DNA of 64,000 nucleotides from Thermoplasmata archaeon (GCA_049584655.1 JBAUYF010000038.1:5524-69523); one strand, 5' to 3'; shown: positions 27,998 to 38,056, counted from the first letter of the stretch. Numbers and translations are program-made. The notes: generated by a model not told the origin, from the sequence alone.

Positions 27998-29038
27998 TTA
28001 CGAGGGATTTCCCTCTCCTAGACGCGTCCAGGTGGCTACGAGTACGCGAACTGCTCGGCGCAGATCCGGCAGTTCCGCGCGCTCCTGATCCGTATGATCG
28101 AGATGTGAATCGCCTGGTCCGTAGACGGCGGCGGGGCATTGCCACGCGGGGAGGACGGTGTTGAGGTCGGAAGTCCCCGCCTTCCGATAGAGAGTCGGCG
28201 TTCCGCCTTCGCTTCGGATCGCAGCCGAAAGCAGCTGCACCACGCGATTTCGGCGTTCCACTTCGACCGGGTCTACCTGAACGACCGCGCGCAACGCAAT
28301 GGTGGGCGGGGAAGCGACCGAAATCTCATGGTAGATCGAGATCGCTCGGATCGATAGCGGGAGGCGCAGGTCGAGATCGACGTCCACACTCTCCCGGCCT
28401 CCGCGCAAATGCGTGCCGATCTGGACGACCTTCATGGTCACGGACTGGAACGGAGTTGGCCCACGGTGGCCCTCGCAGATCGCGCGGACTTGACTCGCCC
28501 ACGCCAAGGCTTGGTCGACCGTGCTCGGCGCTGGAGAGGAGAGGTGGGATCGGGTTCCTTCGAACGTCGCTTGAAGCCGTAGCTCTCCTTTGTAGGCGAT
28601 CGTGATTCCGTCCCACCCCGTCGGCTCCCCCACGATCAAATAGTTCGGCCGATACCGACCCACGAGATACTGCGCGCCCCGCGAATCCCGTTCCTCCCCG
28701 ACGGCGGCTACGATTTGGATCCCGGCCGTCAGATCTGGCGCGGCTCCTGAGTAGAGTGCGGCGATCAGCGACGCCTTCGCGTCGCAGGCGCCGCGCCCGG
28801 CGATTGCCCGTCGATTCGAGCGTATCGGAATAACGCCTTCGACGGTGTCGATGTGGCCGAGGAACATGAGCCGATGCGGTTTCTTCCCTCGCGACGCGAT
28901 CCCATTCCCAATCGGATCGATGCAGAACTCGTAACCCAGGTGACGGGCGATCTCCCCGAAAACGTGCACCCCGGGCGATTCTTGGCCCGTTGGGCTGTAG
29001 GCGCGAACCAGCCGAAGCAACGCCGCGCGTTCATCCAC
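27998..29038 (-). CDS. lysK: [LysW]-lysine/ornithine hydrolase (M20 peptidase, ArgE/LysK)
   Basis: M20 family motifs (HIDTV, GACDAKAS, EEDSRGA). It terminates the LysW cluster. Confidence 0.8.
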   Translation of the reverse strand: MDERAALLRLVRAYSPTGQESPGVHVFGEIARHLGYEFCIDPIGNGIASRGKKPHRLMFLGHIDTVEGVIPIRSNRRAIAGRGACDAKASLIAALYSGAAPDLTAGIQIVAAVGEERDSRGAQYLVGRYRPNYLIVGEPTGWDGITIAYKGELRLQATFEGTRSHLSSPAPSTVDQALAWASQVRAICEGHRGPTPFQSVTMKVVQIGTHLRGGRESVDVDLDLRLPLSIRAISIYHEISVASPPTIALRAVVQVDPVEVERRNRVVQLLSAAIRSEGGTPTLYRKAGTSDLNTVLPAWQCPAAVYGPGDSHLDHTDQERAELPDLRRAVRVLVATWTRLGEGNPS

Positions 29039-30188
29039 GGCTGAACACCGTCTCGAGAGCGTCGAGCGCGCGATTCCAGTCGCTCTCGTTAATGACCAAC
29101 GGGGGAAGGAGTCGGACGATATTGGATCCGCCTCCGATCGCTAGCACCCCCTGCTGGGCAAGGGCATCGAGATACGGGCTGGCCCGCTCTTTGAGCTCGA
29201 TCCCGATCATCAATCCCAGCCCCCGCACTTCCCGTACAAGGGGCGAGCGGGACTCGACGAGCCGCTGCATCCCGTGGCTTCCCAGACGATCGGCGCGTTC
29301 CCAGAGCCGTTCCTTGAGCAGGTAGTCGATGGCCGCTGACCCGGCGGCGCAGGCAAGGGCATTCCCCCCGAAGGTTGAATTGTGACTTCCTGCGAATCGC
29401 GCTTCGACCTCAGCCGAGCAGAGCGTGGCGCCGATGGGTACACCCCCGGCGAGGGACTTCGCGAGTGTCATGATATCCGGACGCACGTTCCAGCGCTCGC
29501 TCGCAAAGATACGGCCAGTCCGACCCATACCGGTCTGAACCTCGTCCAGGATCAGCAAAGCGCCGGCACGGTCACAAATTTCTCGGGCGGCGGGGAGATA
29601 TTCGGGAGCAGCCACGTGCACTCCGCCCTCCCCCTGGACGGCTTCCAAGATCACGGCCGCGGTACCCTCGTCGACGGCCGATCGGAGCGCCTCGATGTCA
29701 TTGTAGGGTACATGCGAGAATCCTGGAACGAGAGGCTCGAACGGTTCGCGAAAGTCGCGTCGCCACGTGGCGCTCAAGGCGCCCATCGTTCTCCCGTGGA
29801 AACCGCGCATGGCCGCCACGAACTTGGTCCTTCGAGTTGCAGATCGCGCAAATTTCAGGGCCGCTTCCACCGCTTCGGTGCCCGAGTTGGACAGAAAAAC
29901 ACGCGTTAGGTTGGAGGGCGCGATCGACAAAAGGCGGGTTACGAAAGCTCGACGCGCCGGAGTCGGGAAGGCGGGGCCAATGTGGATGAGTTGTCGGGCC
30001 TGGGATTCAATCGCCGCGGCAATCGTAGGATTTGCATATCCTAAGTTGGCAACGCCAAAGGAAGCGCCGCAATCGATGTAGGACCGTCCCTCCGAATCCC
30101 AGAGAGTAGCCCCTTCGCCGCGTACTATCTCCAACGGTCGTTGCGGAAAACAGGCAAATTCGCCCCCGGCCGACTGCGTCGCGGTCAT
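29031..30188 (-). CDS. lysJ: [LysW]-aminoadipate/glutamate semialdehyde aminotransferase (class III aminotransferase, ArgD/LysJ)
   Basis: Class III fold with the PLP lysine in TLAKSLAGGVPIGA. It overlaps lysK by 8 nt. Confidence 0.85.
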   Translation of the reverse strand: MTATQSAGGEFACFPQRPLEIVRGEGATLWDSEGRSYIDCGASFGVANLGYANPTIAAAIESQARQLIHIGPAFPTPARRAFVTRLLSIAPSNLTRVFLSNSGTEAVEAALKFARSATRRTKFVAAMRGFHGRTMGALSATWRRDFREPFEPLVPGFSHVPYNDIEALRSAVDEGTAAVILEAVQGEGGVHVAAPEYLPAAREICDRAGALLILDEVQTGMGRTGRIFASERWNVRPDIMTLAKSLAGGVPIGATLCSAEVEARFAGSHNSTFGGNALACAAGSAAIDYLLKERLWERADRLGSHGMQRLVESRSPLVREVRGLGLMIGIELKERASPYLDALAQQGVLAIGGGSNIVRLLPPLVINESDWNRALDALETVFSRG

Positions 30189-30976
30189 GCGACCACCGTT
30201 CCTTGTCCGGCGATTGCCTGAGCAATCGGTTGCGCAACGTGAGAGGATCCAATGACGACTCGGTCCACGCCGTGGCGGGCAGCCTCCTCGGCGGCGAGGA
30301 GCTTCTTCTTCATCCTTCCGTGCGCGACTTCCAGAAACGACGCGAAGCGCGCTTCGGTGACCAGGGGGACGACCGTCTCGAAATTTTCCGGATCCTCGAG
30401 GAGCCCTGGAACGTTCGTCAGCAGGACGAGAGCCTGCGCGTGGACGGCGATCGCGAGCCGTGCCGCGAGACGGTCGGCGTCCACGTTCACGACTTCCCCG
30501 GTCGCAGTAATCGCGGGAGGAGATACGACCGGAACATAGCCCGCACGGACCAGCAGTTGGAGCAACTCAGCATTGACCGTCTCGATGGTGCCCCCGTGGT
30601 CGTCCTTCACGTGGATGATTCGGCCTTGCTCGACGGATCGCGTTCCTTCTTTCCGCTGAGCTACAACCAGCGCCCCGTCGACCCCGCTCAAACCGAGGGC
30701 CCGAATCCCCAGGCCTTGCAGGTGCGCTACGATCTGCGTATTCACTTTTCCGGCGAGCGCCATAGTCAAGAGCTCGAGACCCGGCATGTCGGTGTGTCGA
30801 GACACCACTCCGCTCGGAGAGGTCAAGTAACGGGCCGGTCGACCGAGTGCGACCCCCAATCGGTCCACCTCCGCGGAGCCTCCGTGCACCAGGATACATT
30901 CGGGCTGGGAGGCGACCTCGGCTAACGCAGGGGCAAGGTCATTCCCTTCGGCTCCCCCTAACTTGACTACGATCAT
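30185..30976 (-). CDS. lysZ: [LysW]-aminoadipate/glutamate kinase (amino acid kinase family, ArgB/LysZ)
   Basis: MIVVKLGGAEGNDL... belongs to the acetylglutamate-kinase fold. The start was moved to the ATG at 30976. It overlaps the lysJ start by 4 nt. Confidence 0.8.
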   Translation of the reverse strand: MIVVKLGGAEGNDLAPALAEVASQPECILVHGGSAEVDRLGVALGRPARYLTSPSGVVSRHTDMPGLELLTMALAGKVNTQIVAHLQGLGIRALGLSGVDGALVVAQRKEGTRSVEQGRIIHVKDDHGGTIETVNAELLQLLVRAGYVPVVSPPAITATGEVVNVDADRLAARLAIAVHAQALVLLTNVPGLLEDPENFETVVPLVTEARFASFLEVAHGRMKKKLLAAEEAARHGVDRVVIGSSHVAQPIAQAIAGQGTVVA

Positions 30977-30989
30977 CGCTGGCCCCTCT

Positions 30990-32015
30990 CTAGATGGGAT
31001 GTAACCCGAGAAATTCGAGCCCGGTCGTTTCCGGGAAGCCGGCTCGGATATTCCAGCACTGAACCGCGTTTCCCGCGGCTCCCTTCCCGAGATTATCGAG
31101 CGCTGCGGTCGCAATGATGCGCTCTCCATGGGGGTCAACGACAAATCCGACATCACAGAAGTTGGTTCCCGCCAAGATCTTAGGTTCGGGATGACGATAG
31201 AGACCGTCCACGTCGTGGACGATGCGCACGAAGGGTTCGTTCTGATACGACTCCCGGTACGTCCGCCACAGCTCCTTCTCCGTCGGCGCGGTCCGATAGA
31301 ATGCGTGACACGTCGCGAGGACTCCGCGGACGGCCTCTACGCCGTGGCAGGAGAGGGCCACTCGCACCCCGGATTCCTGTTCGATCTCGGCGGTGTGACG
31401 ATGGAGCGCGGGGGAGTACAATCGCATTACGCCCGATCGCTCGGCATGCCCCGAGGCCGGTCCTCCCTCCGCACCACTCGCCGAGGAGCCGCTCTTGGCG
31501 TCGATTACGATGGGTGTGTCGCGGAGAAATCCCGCCCGGACCAAGGGGCGAAGGGCGAGGATCGATGCCGTCGCGATGCATCCCGGAACGGAGATGAGCG
31601 GGGCGTTGCGAAGGGTCGATCGATGTAGCTCGGGGAGTCCGAAGATCGATCGTGGGAGAATCTCGGGATGAGGATGCGTGACTCCGTAGTAGGTAGGGTA
31701 CAGGGTTGGATCGTGCAACCGAAAATCAGCGCTCAGATCAATGTAGAGACCACCGGTTGCCAGCCACTCGGCCATCTTTCCCATCGAACGGCCGTGCGGG
31801 GTTGCGATGAACGTGACGTCGGTGGCTCGTAACTGCTCGTGTAGCGTGAAGACGAGGTCGGTGGCCTTGCGGAGGTTCGGATGGGCCCGTGAGACAGGTT
31901 TCCCGGCCAGCGCGTCGGAGGTCACCTGGACGACTTCCGCTTGGGGGTGGCGTAAGAGAAGCCGAAGCAACTCTCCGCCGACATAGCCTGAGCCGCCCAC
32001 GACTGCGACCTTCAT
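30990..32015 (-). CDS. lysY: [LysW]-aminoadipyl/glutamyl-phosphate reductase (ArgC/LysY)
   Basis: MKVAVVGGSGYVGGELLRLLLRHP... with a catalytic Cys region (VPGCIATAS). The start was moved to the ATG at 32015. The tracked 424-aa ORF includes a spurious 83-aa extension. Confidence 0.85.
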   Translation of the reverse strand: MKVAVVGGSGYVGGELLRLLLRHPQAEVVQVTSDALAGKPVSRAHPNLRKATDLVFTLHEQLRATDVTFIATPHGRSMGKMAEWLATGGLYIDLSADFRLHDPTLYPTYYGVTHPHPEILPRSIFGLPELHRSTLRNAPLISVPGCIATASILALRPLVRAGFLRDTPIVIDAKSGSSASGAEGGPASGHAERSGVMRLYSPALHRHTAEIEQESGVRVALSCHGVEAVRGVLATCHAFYRTAPTEKELWRTYRESYQNEPFVRIVHDVDGLYRHPEPKILAGTNFCDVGFVVDPHGERIIATAALDNLGKGAAGNAVQCWNIRAGFPETTGLEFLGLHPI

Positions 32016-32863
32016 CGGTGGCCCTGGTCTACGGCGAAAGAGACGATCCGGTCGGCGATGTCGATCTGGGTCGCCGCCGCGAGCGCCTTGAACTCGGGGG
32101 TAGGGTTGACCTCGTGGACGACCAAGCCTCGAGGGGATTCCATGAGGTCCACGGCCAGAACGCCACCCCCTACTGCTTGCGCCGCCTTCAGAGACAATTC
32201 GCGGAGCTCGGGAGTCGGAATGAGCGCCTCGGTCGACCCTCCTCGAGCCGCGTTGGTGCGCCAATCCTCGGAGTAGCGATACATCGCCGCCACGACCTCA
32301 TCGCCAACGACGAGAACCCGAAGGTCGCGACCCGGCTTCGGGACGTACTCTTGCACGTAGAACACCGAGTGCTGCGGCGATGCGAGCGCAATCTTGTGCT
32401 CAAGAATCTGTTCGGCCTCGCGCCGACTCTCCACCTTCGCCATGAGGCGGCCCCACGAACCAATCGGCGGCTTGAGAACGGCAGGGTAACCTATCTCGTC
32501 CAGGGCGCGCAGCGCCGCGTCGGGTGTGAGGGCGACTATCGTTCGGGGCGTGGGAATGCCGGCGGCGTGAAAGCGAATCGATGCGAGCGCCTTGTCCCCG
32601 CTCAATTCGAGGACGGCCGATGGATTGACGGTCGGGATACCGTAATGCTCGAAGAAACGAGAAGCATACACCGCGCGTGAGTGACTTACCGACCGATTCA
32701 GCACCACGTTCGCCGGATCCTCCGGTGCCTCGAGACCGAACGTCTGCGCCTCGTCGTGGAGGCGCTCGACGCGGAGACCGCGTCGCTCCGCCGCCTCGAG
32801 GATGCCCCGCTCCTCGGGGCGCACGATCGTATAGAACAAGGCGAGGCGGAACCCGTTACTCAC
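32012..32863 (-). CDS. lysX: Lysine biosynthesis enzyme LysX / ArgX (RimK-type ATP-grasp ligase that attaches substrate to LysW)
   Basis: 283 aa ATP-grasp. GTG start at 32863. ATGA overlap with the lysY start. Confidence 0.85.
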   Translation of the reverse strand: MSNGFRLALFYTIVRPEERGILEAAERRGLRVERLHDEAQTFGLEAPEDPANVVLNRSVSHSRAVYASRFFEHYGIPTVNPSAVLELSGDKALASIRFHAAGIPTPRTIVALTPDAALRALDEIGYPAVLKPPIGSWGRLMAKVESRREAEQILEHKIALASPQHSVFYVQEYVPKPGRDLRVLVVGDEVVAAMYRYSEDWRTNAARGGSTEALIPTPELRELSLKAAQAVGGGVLAVDLMESPRGLVVHEVNPTPEFKALAAATQIDIADRIVSFAVDQGHR

Positions 32864-33017
32864 CCCAGTCCTCAGCGACCTTCGGGGCCGGCACCACCGA
32901 GAACGGTTGGCACGCCGTCACTTCGAGCTCGCTTCCGCAATCGGGGCAGGAGAAAATCTCTCCTTCGATCATATCCTTCGGCACTACAGGGGCCTCACAT
33001 TCCGGGCAGTTCGTCAT
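32856..33017 (-). CDS. lysW: Amino-group carrier protein LysW/ArgW (53 aa, zinc ribbon with acidic C-terminal EDWGE tail)
   Basis: MTNCPECEAPVVPKDMIEGEIFSCPDCGSELEVTACQPFSVVPAPKVAEDWGE. Two CxxC pairs plus the C-terminal ...DWGE typical of LysW. Its stop overlaps the lysX GTG start. Not in the ORF track (<60 aa). Confidence 0.8.
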   Translation of the reverse strand: MTNCPECEAPVVPKDMIEGEIFSCPDCGSELEVTACQPFSVVPAPKVAEDWGE

Positions 33018-33018
33018 T

Positions 33019-34407
33019 CTACTTCTCTCTCAGGATCTCTTCGACCCGTTCGTCCTTCGCATGGAGCTCGGACAGTGATTGGAGCGCGTGGTCCAAACTC
33101 TCGCGCGCCCGTTCGAGTTGGGTCTGAACGGATCGCGGACTTGGACCCCCAGGTGAGCTCCGAGTCTTGAGAGCCTCCGATGGGTCGGTGATCTCGGGAC
33201 CGAGGAGCAGCGCGCCGGGGGATCCTCCCTCGTGGGCGTACCGCTTCGCGACCTCCTCGTGAGCTTGGCGAAACGGAACCCCTTCACGAGTCCGCTGCTC
33301 AACGAAATCCGTTGCGTAGAGTCGCGGGTCCCGAGCGGCTTGATCGATCCGGGGCAGGTTGAATTGGAGGGCAGGTACGAGCTGGGAGAACGCTTCGAGC
33401 GTCTCGCGGACTTGAACGGTGGCGTCGAAGACCGGCGCCTTGTCTTCCTGTAGGTCTCGATTGTATGCCATCGGCAGACCCTTGAGGACGGCGAGCAAGC
33501 CCACGAGATCCCCGAGGACTCGCGCGGACTTCGCCCGTCCGAGTTCTGCCACGTCCGGGTTCCGCTTCTGAGGCATCAGGCTGCTGCCGGAACCGAGTTC
33601 CGGAGTGGGCAACAGGAATCCGAACTCTTGACTGGCCCAGAGTGTGATCTCCTCTCCGAGTGAACTCAGATGAATGGCAAGCAGACTGAGGGTGAAAAGA
33701 TACTCCGCAAAGTAATCTCGATCACTGACCGCGTCCAGGGAATTTTGGAACACTTGCGAAAACCCGAGTCGATGGGCGACCCACGTCGGGTCGATCGGTA
33801 ACGACGTGCCCGCGAGCGCCCCGGCCCCGAGTGGGGAGACGTCCGCTCGCCGGGCACAGTCGATCAGTCGTTCGAAATCGCGCGCGAGCCGCCACTGATG
33901 GGCGAGCAGCTGGTGGGCGATCGAGACGAGCTGGGCGCGTTGCAAATGTGTGTACCCCGGTAGCGGATTCTCGAAGGTCTGGCTGGCGCGCTCGAGGAGC
34001 GCCGCGCGCAGGTCGGCGACCGCGACCCCGACCGTCCGAACCGCGCGCCGCAGCCAGAGCCGCTCGTCCAGCGCGATCTGGTCGTTCCGGCTCCGGGCAG
34101 AATGGAGCTTCCCTCCAATCGCTCCGACGCGCTCGGTAAGGGCGACCTCAACGTTGGTATGCACATCTTCGAGCTCTTCGCGCCAAGTGAATCGACCGCT
34201 CTCCATATCGGAGTGAATTCCTCGGAGACCGGAGACGAGACGTTCGGCTTCCGGCATCGGGATGATTCCCGTCCGCCCGAGCATCTCCGCGTGCACGATG
34301 CTTCCCGCCACGTCAAAGCGGGCCAGGGCCCGGTCTACCACGAGCGAGGCCAAGTACGGGGCCGCCGCGGTCCGAACGAAGGCGGGAGAACTAGGAACGT
34401 CATTCAT
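33019..34407 (-). CDS. argH: Argininosuccinate lyase
   Basis: 462 aa fumarase/lyase fold with the signature GSSLMPQKRNPD. Confidence 0.9.
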   Translation of the reverse strand: MNDVPSSPAFVRTAAAPYLASLVVDRALARFDVAGSIVHAEMLGRTGIIPMPEAERLVSGLRGIHSDMESGRFTWREELEDVHTNVEVALTERVGAIGGKLHSARSRNDQIALDERLWLRRAVRTVGVAVADLRAALLERASQTFENPLPGYTHLQRAQLVSIAHQLLAHQWRLARDFERLIDCARRADVSPLGAGALAGTSLPIDPTWVAHRLGFSQVFQNSLDAVSDRDYFAEYLFTLSLLAIHLSSLGEEITLWASQEFGFLLPTPELGSGSSLMPQKRNPDVAELGRAKSARVLGDLVGLLAVLKGLPMAYNRDLQEDKAPVFDATVQVRETLEAFSQLVPALQFNLPRIDQAARDPRLYATDFVEQRTREGVPFRQAHEEVAKRYAHEGGSPGALLLGPEITDPSEALKTRSSPGGPSPRSVQTQLERARESLDHALQSLSELHAKDERVEEILREK

Positions 34408-34426
34408 AGTGCCGTCGCCGCGGCGG

Positions 34427-35659
34427 TCAGCTCGGGATCTTGGCGGGTGCGGCTAATTTGGGCTTCGCGTTTTGCCCCACGGCCGCCCAGGTTCGCGCGG
34501 GCAATCCCCAGACGTAGATGAACCCCTCCGCCATTTCCTGCCGGAACTGGTCCCCGGAGGAATAGGTGGCCAAGGCGTGCTGATAGAGAGAATACGGGGA
34601 GATTCGGCCCGTCACATGGCAGGAGCCTTTGAACAGCTTGAGGGTCACTTGCCCCGTGACCCGTTCTTGAGTCGCCGCGAAGAACGCGTCGAGGGCTTCT
34701 CGCAACGGAGTGAACCAAAGCCCATCGTAGATCAATTGCGCATATCGCCCTTCGAGGGTTCGTTTGACTTCGAGTAGATCCCGCGGCAGGACCATGCCTT
34801 CCAGCGCCTGGTGGCCCCCGATCAGGACGAGCGCGGCCGGGCATTCGTAGACCTCGCGCGATTTGATGCCTACCACCCGGGACTCTACATGGTCGATCCG
34901 ACCGACGCCGTGCGCGCCGGCGATCTGATTTAGCGACGTGATGAGCGTGACGAGATCCATCGGGCGGCCGTTCAAGCCCGTGGGGCGGCCGGCGAGGAAA
35001 TCGAGCGTCACATACTCGGGCGAATCGGGTGCGGCCGTCGGGCTCGTCGTCCAACCGTACGCTTCCTCGGGAGGCTCGAGGGCCGGATTTTCTAAGACGC
35101 CGCACTCGACGGATCGTCCCCAAAGATTCTCATCCGTGCTGTAGGGAGAGCCGCTCTTCGCGGGCACTGGGATTCCGCGCTCCGCCGCATAGACGATCTC
35201 TTCTTCCCGGGACATCCCCCACTCCCGTGCGGGGGCGATGACTCGAAGTTCAGGAGCCAGTGCCGTGGTGGAGAGATCGAATCGGACCTGGTCGTTCCCC
35301 TTGCCGGTGCACCCATGCGCCACATTCGTGGCGCCTTCTTCCCGCGCGATCGCGACGACGTGCTGTCCGATCAGGGGCCGGGCGAGGGACGTGCTAAGAG
35401 GGTATTGCCCTTCGTAGAGCGCATTGGCCCGAATCGCGCGGACCAGATACTGTTCCGCGAACTCTTCCCGCGCATCGATCACGTACGCCCGGGTGGCCCC
35501 GGCACGTTCCGCTTTGCGCCGCGTGGCTTCGAGATCGACCGGCTGGCCCACGTCGACGGTCACGGCAATGACCTCGTGGCCCAGGTCTTTGAGCCAGGGA
35601 ATCGCGACCGAGGTATCGAGCCCTCCCGAATAGGCGAGGACAACTTTCGAGTGGCCCAT
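34427..35659 (-). CDS. argG: Argininosuccinate synthase
   Basis: Begins MGHSKVVLAYSGGLDTSV... (PP-loop AYSGGLDTS). 410 aa. Confidence 0.9.
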   Translation of the reverse strand: MGHSKVVLAYSGGLDTSVAIPWLKDLGHEVIAVTVDVGQPVDLEATRRKAERAGATRAYVIDAREEFAEQYLVRAIRANALYEGQYPLSTSLARPLIGQHVVAIAREEGATNVAHGCTGKGNDQVRFDLSTTALAPELRVIAPAREWGMSREEEIVYAAERGIPVPAKSGSPYSTDENLWGRSVECGVLENPALEPPEEAYGWTTSPTAAPDSPEYVTLDFLAGRPTGLNGRPMDLVTLITSLNQIAGAHGVGRIDHVESRVVGIKSREVYECPAALVLIGGHQALEGMVLPRDLLEVKRTLEGRYAQLIYDGLWFTPLREALDAFFAATQERVTGQVTLKLFKGSCHVTGRISPYSLYQHALATYSSGDQFRQEMAEGFIYVWGLPARTWAAVGQNAKPKLAAPAKIPS

Positions 35660-35772
35660 TTCAGAAGGTCCTAGATTAAGAGAAAGAATCGAAGCGCAGT
35701 ATATTTAGGATTTGACCAAAGTTGGGCATTTTCGGGCGAAAGTGTCTAATTTAGGACAGTCAATCGAGCACC
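35660..35772. promoter_or_regulatory. AT-rich divergent promoter region between argG and the ACT-domain regulator gene
   Basis: Contains TATATTTAGG at about 35710 and TAATTTAGG at about 35748. GC content is markedly lower than the flanks. Confidence 0.4.
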
Positions 35773-36411
35773 ATGAGTGAGATCACCGAGGGAGTGCGCC
35801 ATTACATCGAATCCCACCCCGCCGTCTCTGACGCGATGCGTCTGGGCATCGCAAACTATTCGGCTGTTGCTCGGCGTATCGCCAAGGAACAGCACTACCC
35901 TCAACTCCAAGCTGTTCTCGCCGCGGTTCGGCGGTACCCCATCACGGCTTCCCAATCGTACCGAGACGAGGTCATCCGTCGTGTCCTTCGGCAGAGCCGC
36001 ATCGAGACGCGAACCAAGATTGCTACGGTAACCGTGACCCAGGGGATCGACGTCTTGCAGCGGCTGGGGGATGTCGTCGAGGAGCTGCTCGACGAGAACA
36101 GCATCTGTCGTCTCATCCAGGTGTCGCGCGGTAGCGTGATCATCATCGAGGAGGACTCGATTAGTCGCGTTACCAAGCGTCTCCGCGAATCCCAGGTGAT
36201 CAGCATCCGGAAAGGGTTGGTCGAACTGGCCGTCACGAGCCCCGAGAATATCGAGCAGACCCCAGGGCTGCTCGCGCTGCTCGCGAGCATGTTGTCCGCT
36301 CGGGGGATTAACATCGTGCAAGGCATGTCCTGCTATACCGACACGATCTTCATTTTGGGCCGCGCCGACATGTCCGCCGCGGTCGAAGCCCTCACCCTCG
36401 CCCTCGAATGA
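35773..36411 (+). CDS. Predicted regulator of amino-acid metabolism with a C-terminal ACT domain (COG2150-like)
   Basis: 212 aa. N-terminal helix-turn-helix-like region. The C-terminal PGLLALLASMLSARGINIVQG...IFILG is an ACT-type ligand-binding fold. It sits divergent from the arg cluster. Confidence 0.55.
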   Translation: MSEITEGVRHYIESHPAVSDAMRLGIANYSAVARRIAKEQHYPQLQAVLAAVRRYPITASQSYRDEVIRRVLRQSRIETRTKIATVTVTQGIDVLQRLGDVVEELLDENSICRLIQVSRGSVIIIEEDSISRVTKRLRESQVISIRKGLVELAVTSPENIEQTPGLLALLASMLSARGINIVQGMSCYTDTIFILGRADMSAAVEALTLALE

Positions 36412-36506
36412 GCCGCCCCCCCGGACGGGTCGACCGACGGAAAGCGACAGTTACTAACTCGATATCGAATGAATAACGGTATAATCTCGTTGGAGCTCCG
36501 GGGGGC

Positions 36507-37079
36507 GTGCGATCCCCCCGTTCTTCCCCTGCGCCTGGTTGGCGACACGGCTTCCTCGGGGTATACGCCCTGAGCGCCGTCGAGGAGTCGCCCCTCTACG
36601 CGCATCAGCTCTCGACCCGGATCGCCGAGCGGACCCAGGGAGCTTGGCGGCCCAGCCCGGGAGCGATCTATCCGGCCTTTCGTTCGTTGGTCGCGCGGGG
36701 CCTCGTCGAAACCCACACGGTGGCAGGTCGTCGCCAATACTACATCACCGCGGCGGGTCGTCGCGAGGTTGCGATCCTCCGCTCCCGTCGGCGCCAGTGG
36801 ATCGATCGTCTGGGCGGGTCGTGGCGTCTTATGCTCGACCTGGTCGATCCCGCCGAGCGCGTGGAGGCTACCCTGACCCGCTTACGCGCCACGCTCCATA
36901 CGATCGAGATCCTGACCGGCGAAGATCGGGAACTCCTCAGCGCTTGGGACCGCTCGTACGTGAGCCGGCAGGCCATCGGCGAGCTGCGTCGCACGATCGA
37001 GCGCCTCGAGCATTCGAGCAAGGGACCCGTGTCTTCGCCGGCGTCGCGCCGAACCCGCCCGTCTCGCACGGAGGCCTAG
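36507..37079 (+). CDS. PadR family transcriptional regulator
   Basis: LSTRIAERTQGAWRPSPGAIYPAFRSLVARGLVE...GRRQYYITAAGRRE is the PadR winged helix. TAG stop at 37077. Confidence 0.75.
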   Translation: MRSPRSSPAPGWRHGFLGVYALSAVEESPLYAHQLSTRIAERTQGAWRPSPGAIYPAFRSLVARGLVETHTVAGRRQYYITAAGRREVAILRSRRRQWIDRLGGSWRLMLDLVDPAERVEATLTRLRATLHTIEILTGEDRELLSAWDRSYVSRQAIGELRRTIERLEHSSKGPVSSPASRRTRPSRTEA

Positions 37080-37081
37080 CG

Positions 37082-38056
37082 ATGGATGCGATCGTGACCG
37101 ATAATCTGACGATGAAGTACGGCTCGCTGGTCGCGCTCGACCACGTCTCGATCAAGATCCCCAATCGCTCGATCTTCGGGCTCCTCGGGCCGAACGGCGC
37201 GGGTAAAACCACGATGATCAAGCTGCTCACGGGGCTCGTTCGGCCCACCGAGGGGGATGCCATAGTGGCCGGCTTCAGCGTTCGGAAGAACCCGTACAAG
37301 GTCAAGGAACGGATCGGCTGGGTCGCCGCCGAGGTCATCCTGGACGACGACCTCACCGCGTGGGAGAATCTCTGGCTCCAAGCGAAGCTCCAGAATCAGA
37401 AGGATTGGCAGGGCCGAGCGCGCGATTTGCTGGCGTACTTCAGCCTCACCGACCGGATGAAAGACCGCGTGGGTCGATTTTCCACGGGAATGCGAAAGAA
37501 GCTCGAGATAGCGCTCGCGCTGCTCCACCAACCGTCCGTGATCTTCATGGACGAACCGACGATCGGACTGGATCCGGCGACTCGGGGCATGCTGTGGGAC
37601 CTGACGCGGGGCATTAACCGCGAGTTTGGCGTCACGATCCTTCTGACCACTCACTACATCGAGGAGGCGGATGCCCTCTGCGAAACGTTGGGTATCTTGG
37701 AGCGGGGCAAGATCGTTGCGCTCGGGTCGCCCTCCGAGTTGAAAAGTCGGGTCGGAGGCGACCTCATTGAGCTCGAAACGACGTCTCCCCCCGACGCTAG
37801 CATTCTCCGCGGCCTCCCTGGGGTGCAGGACGTCCGCGACCACGGCAAATCGGTGATCCTCAAGGTGGGATCCGCCGAAGAGACGTTACCAGCGCTGCTC
37901 CGAGTACTTCCCGCGGACGGGGTCAAACGGATTAACGTTGAAAAGCCGAACCTCGAGACCGTCTACCTCGACCTCACGGGCCGACGCCTGACGGAGGAAG
38001 ACACGCACGTCGACGTTCGGAAGTTCTACACGGCGATTCGGAGGGCGCGCCAGTGA
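37082..38056 (+). CDS. ABC transporter ATP-binding protein (ABC-2 / drug-exporter type)
   Basis: Walker A GPNGAGKTT, signature LSGGMRKKLEIA (FSTGMRKKL) and Walker B IFMDEPT. The ATG at 37082 was chosen over the tracked 36539 start, which overlaps padR. Confidence 0.85.
   Translation: MDAIVTDNLTMKYGSLVALDHVSIKIPNRSIFGLLGPNGAGKTTMIKLLTGLVRPTEGDAIVAGFSVRKNPYKVKERIGWVAAEVILDDDLTAWENLWLQAKLQNQKDWQGRARDLLAYFSLTDRMKDRVGRFSTGMRKKLEIALALLHQPSVIFMDEPTIGLDPATRGMLWDLTRGINREFGVTILLTTHYIEEADALCETLGILERGKIVALGSPSELKSRVGGDLIELETTSPPDASILRGLPGVQDVRDHGKSVILKVGSAEETLPALLRVLPADGVKRINVEKPNLETVYLDLTGRRLTEEDTHVDVRKFYTAIRRARQ

Noticed and set aside
36539-37081. N-terminal 180 aa of the tracked 505-aa ORF upstream of the ABC ATPase
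   Set aside because: It overlaps the PadR gene in another frame and is Arg/Pro-rich junk. The ATPase starts at the ATG at 37082, right after the padR stop.
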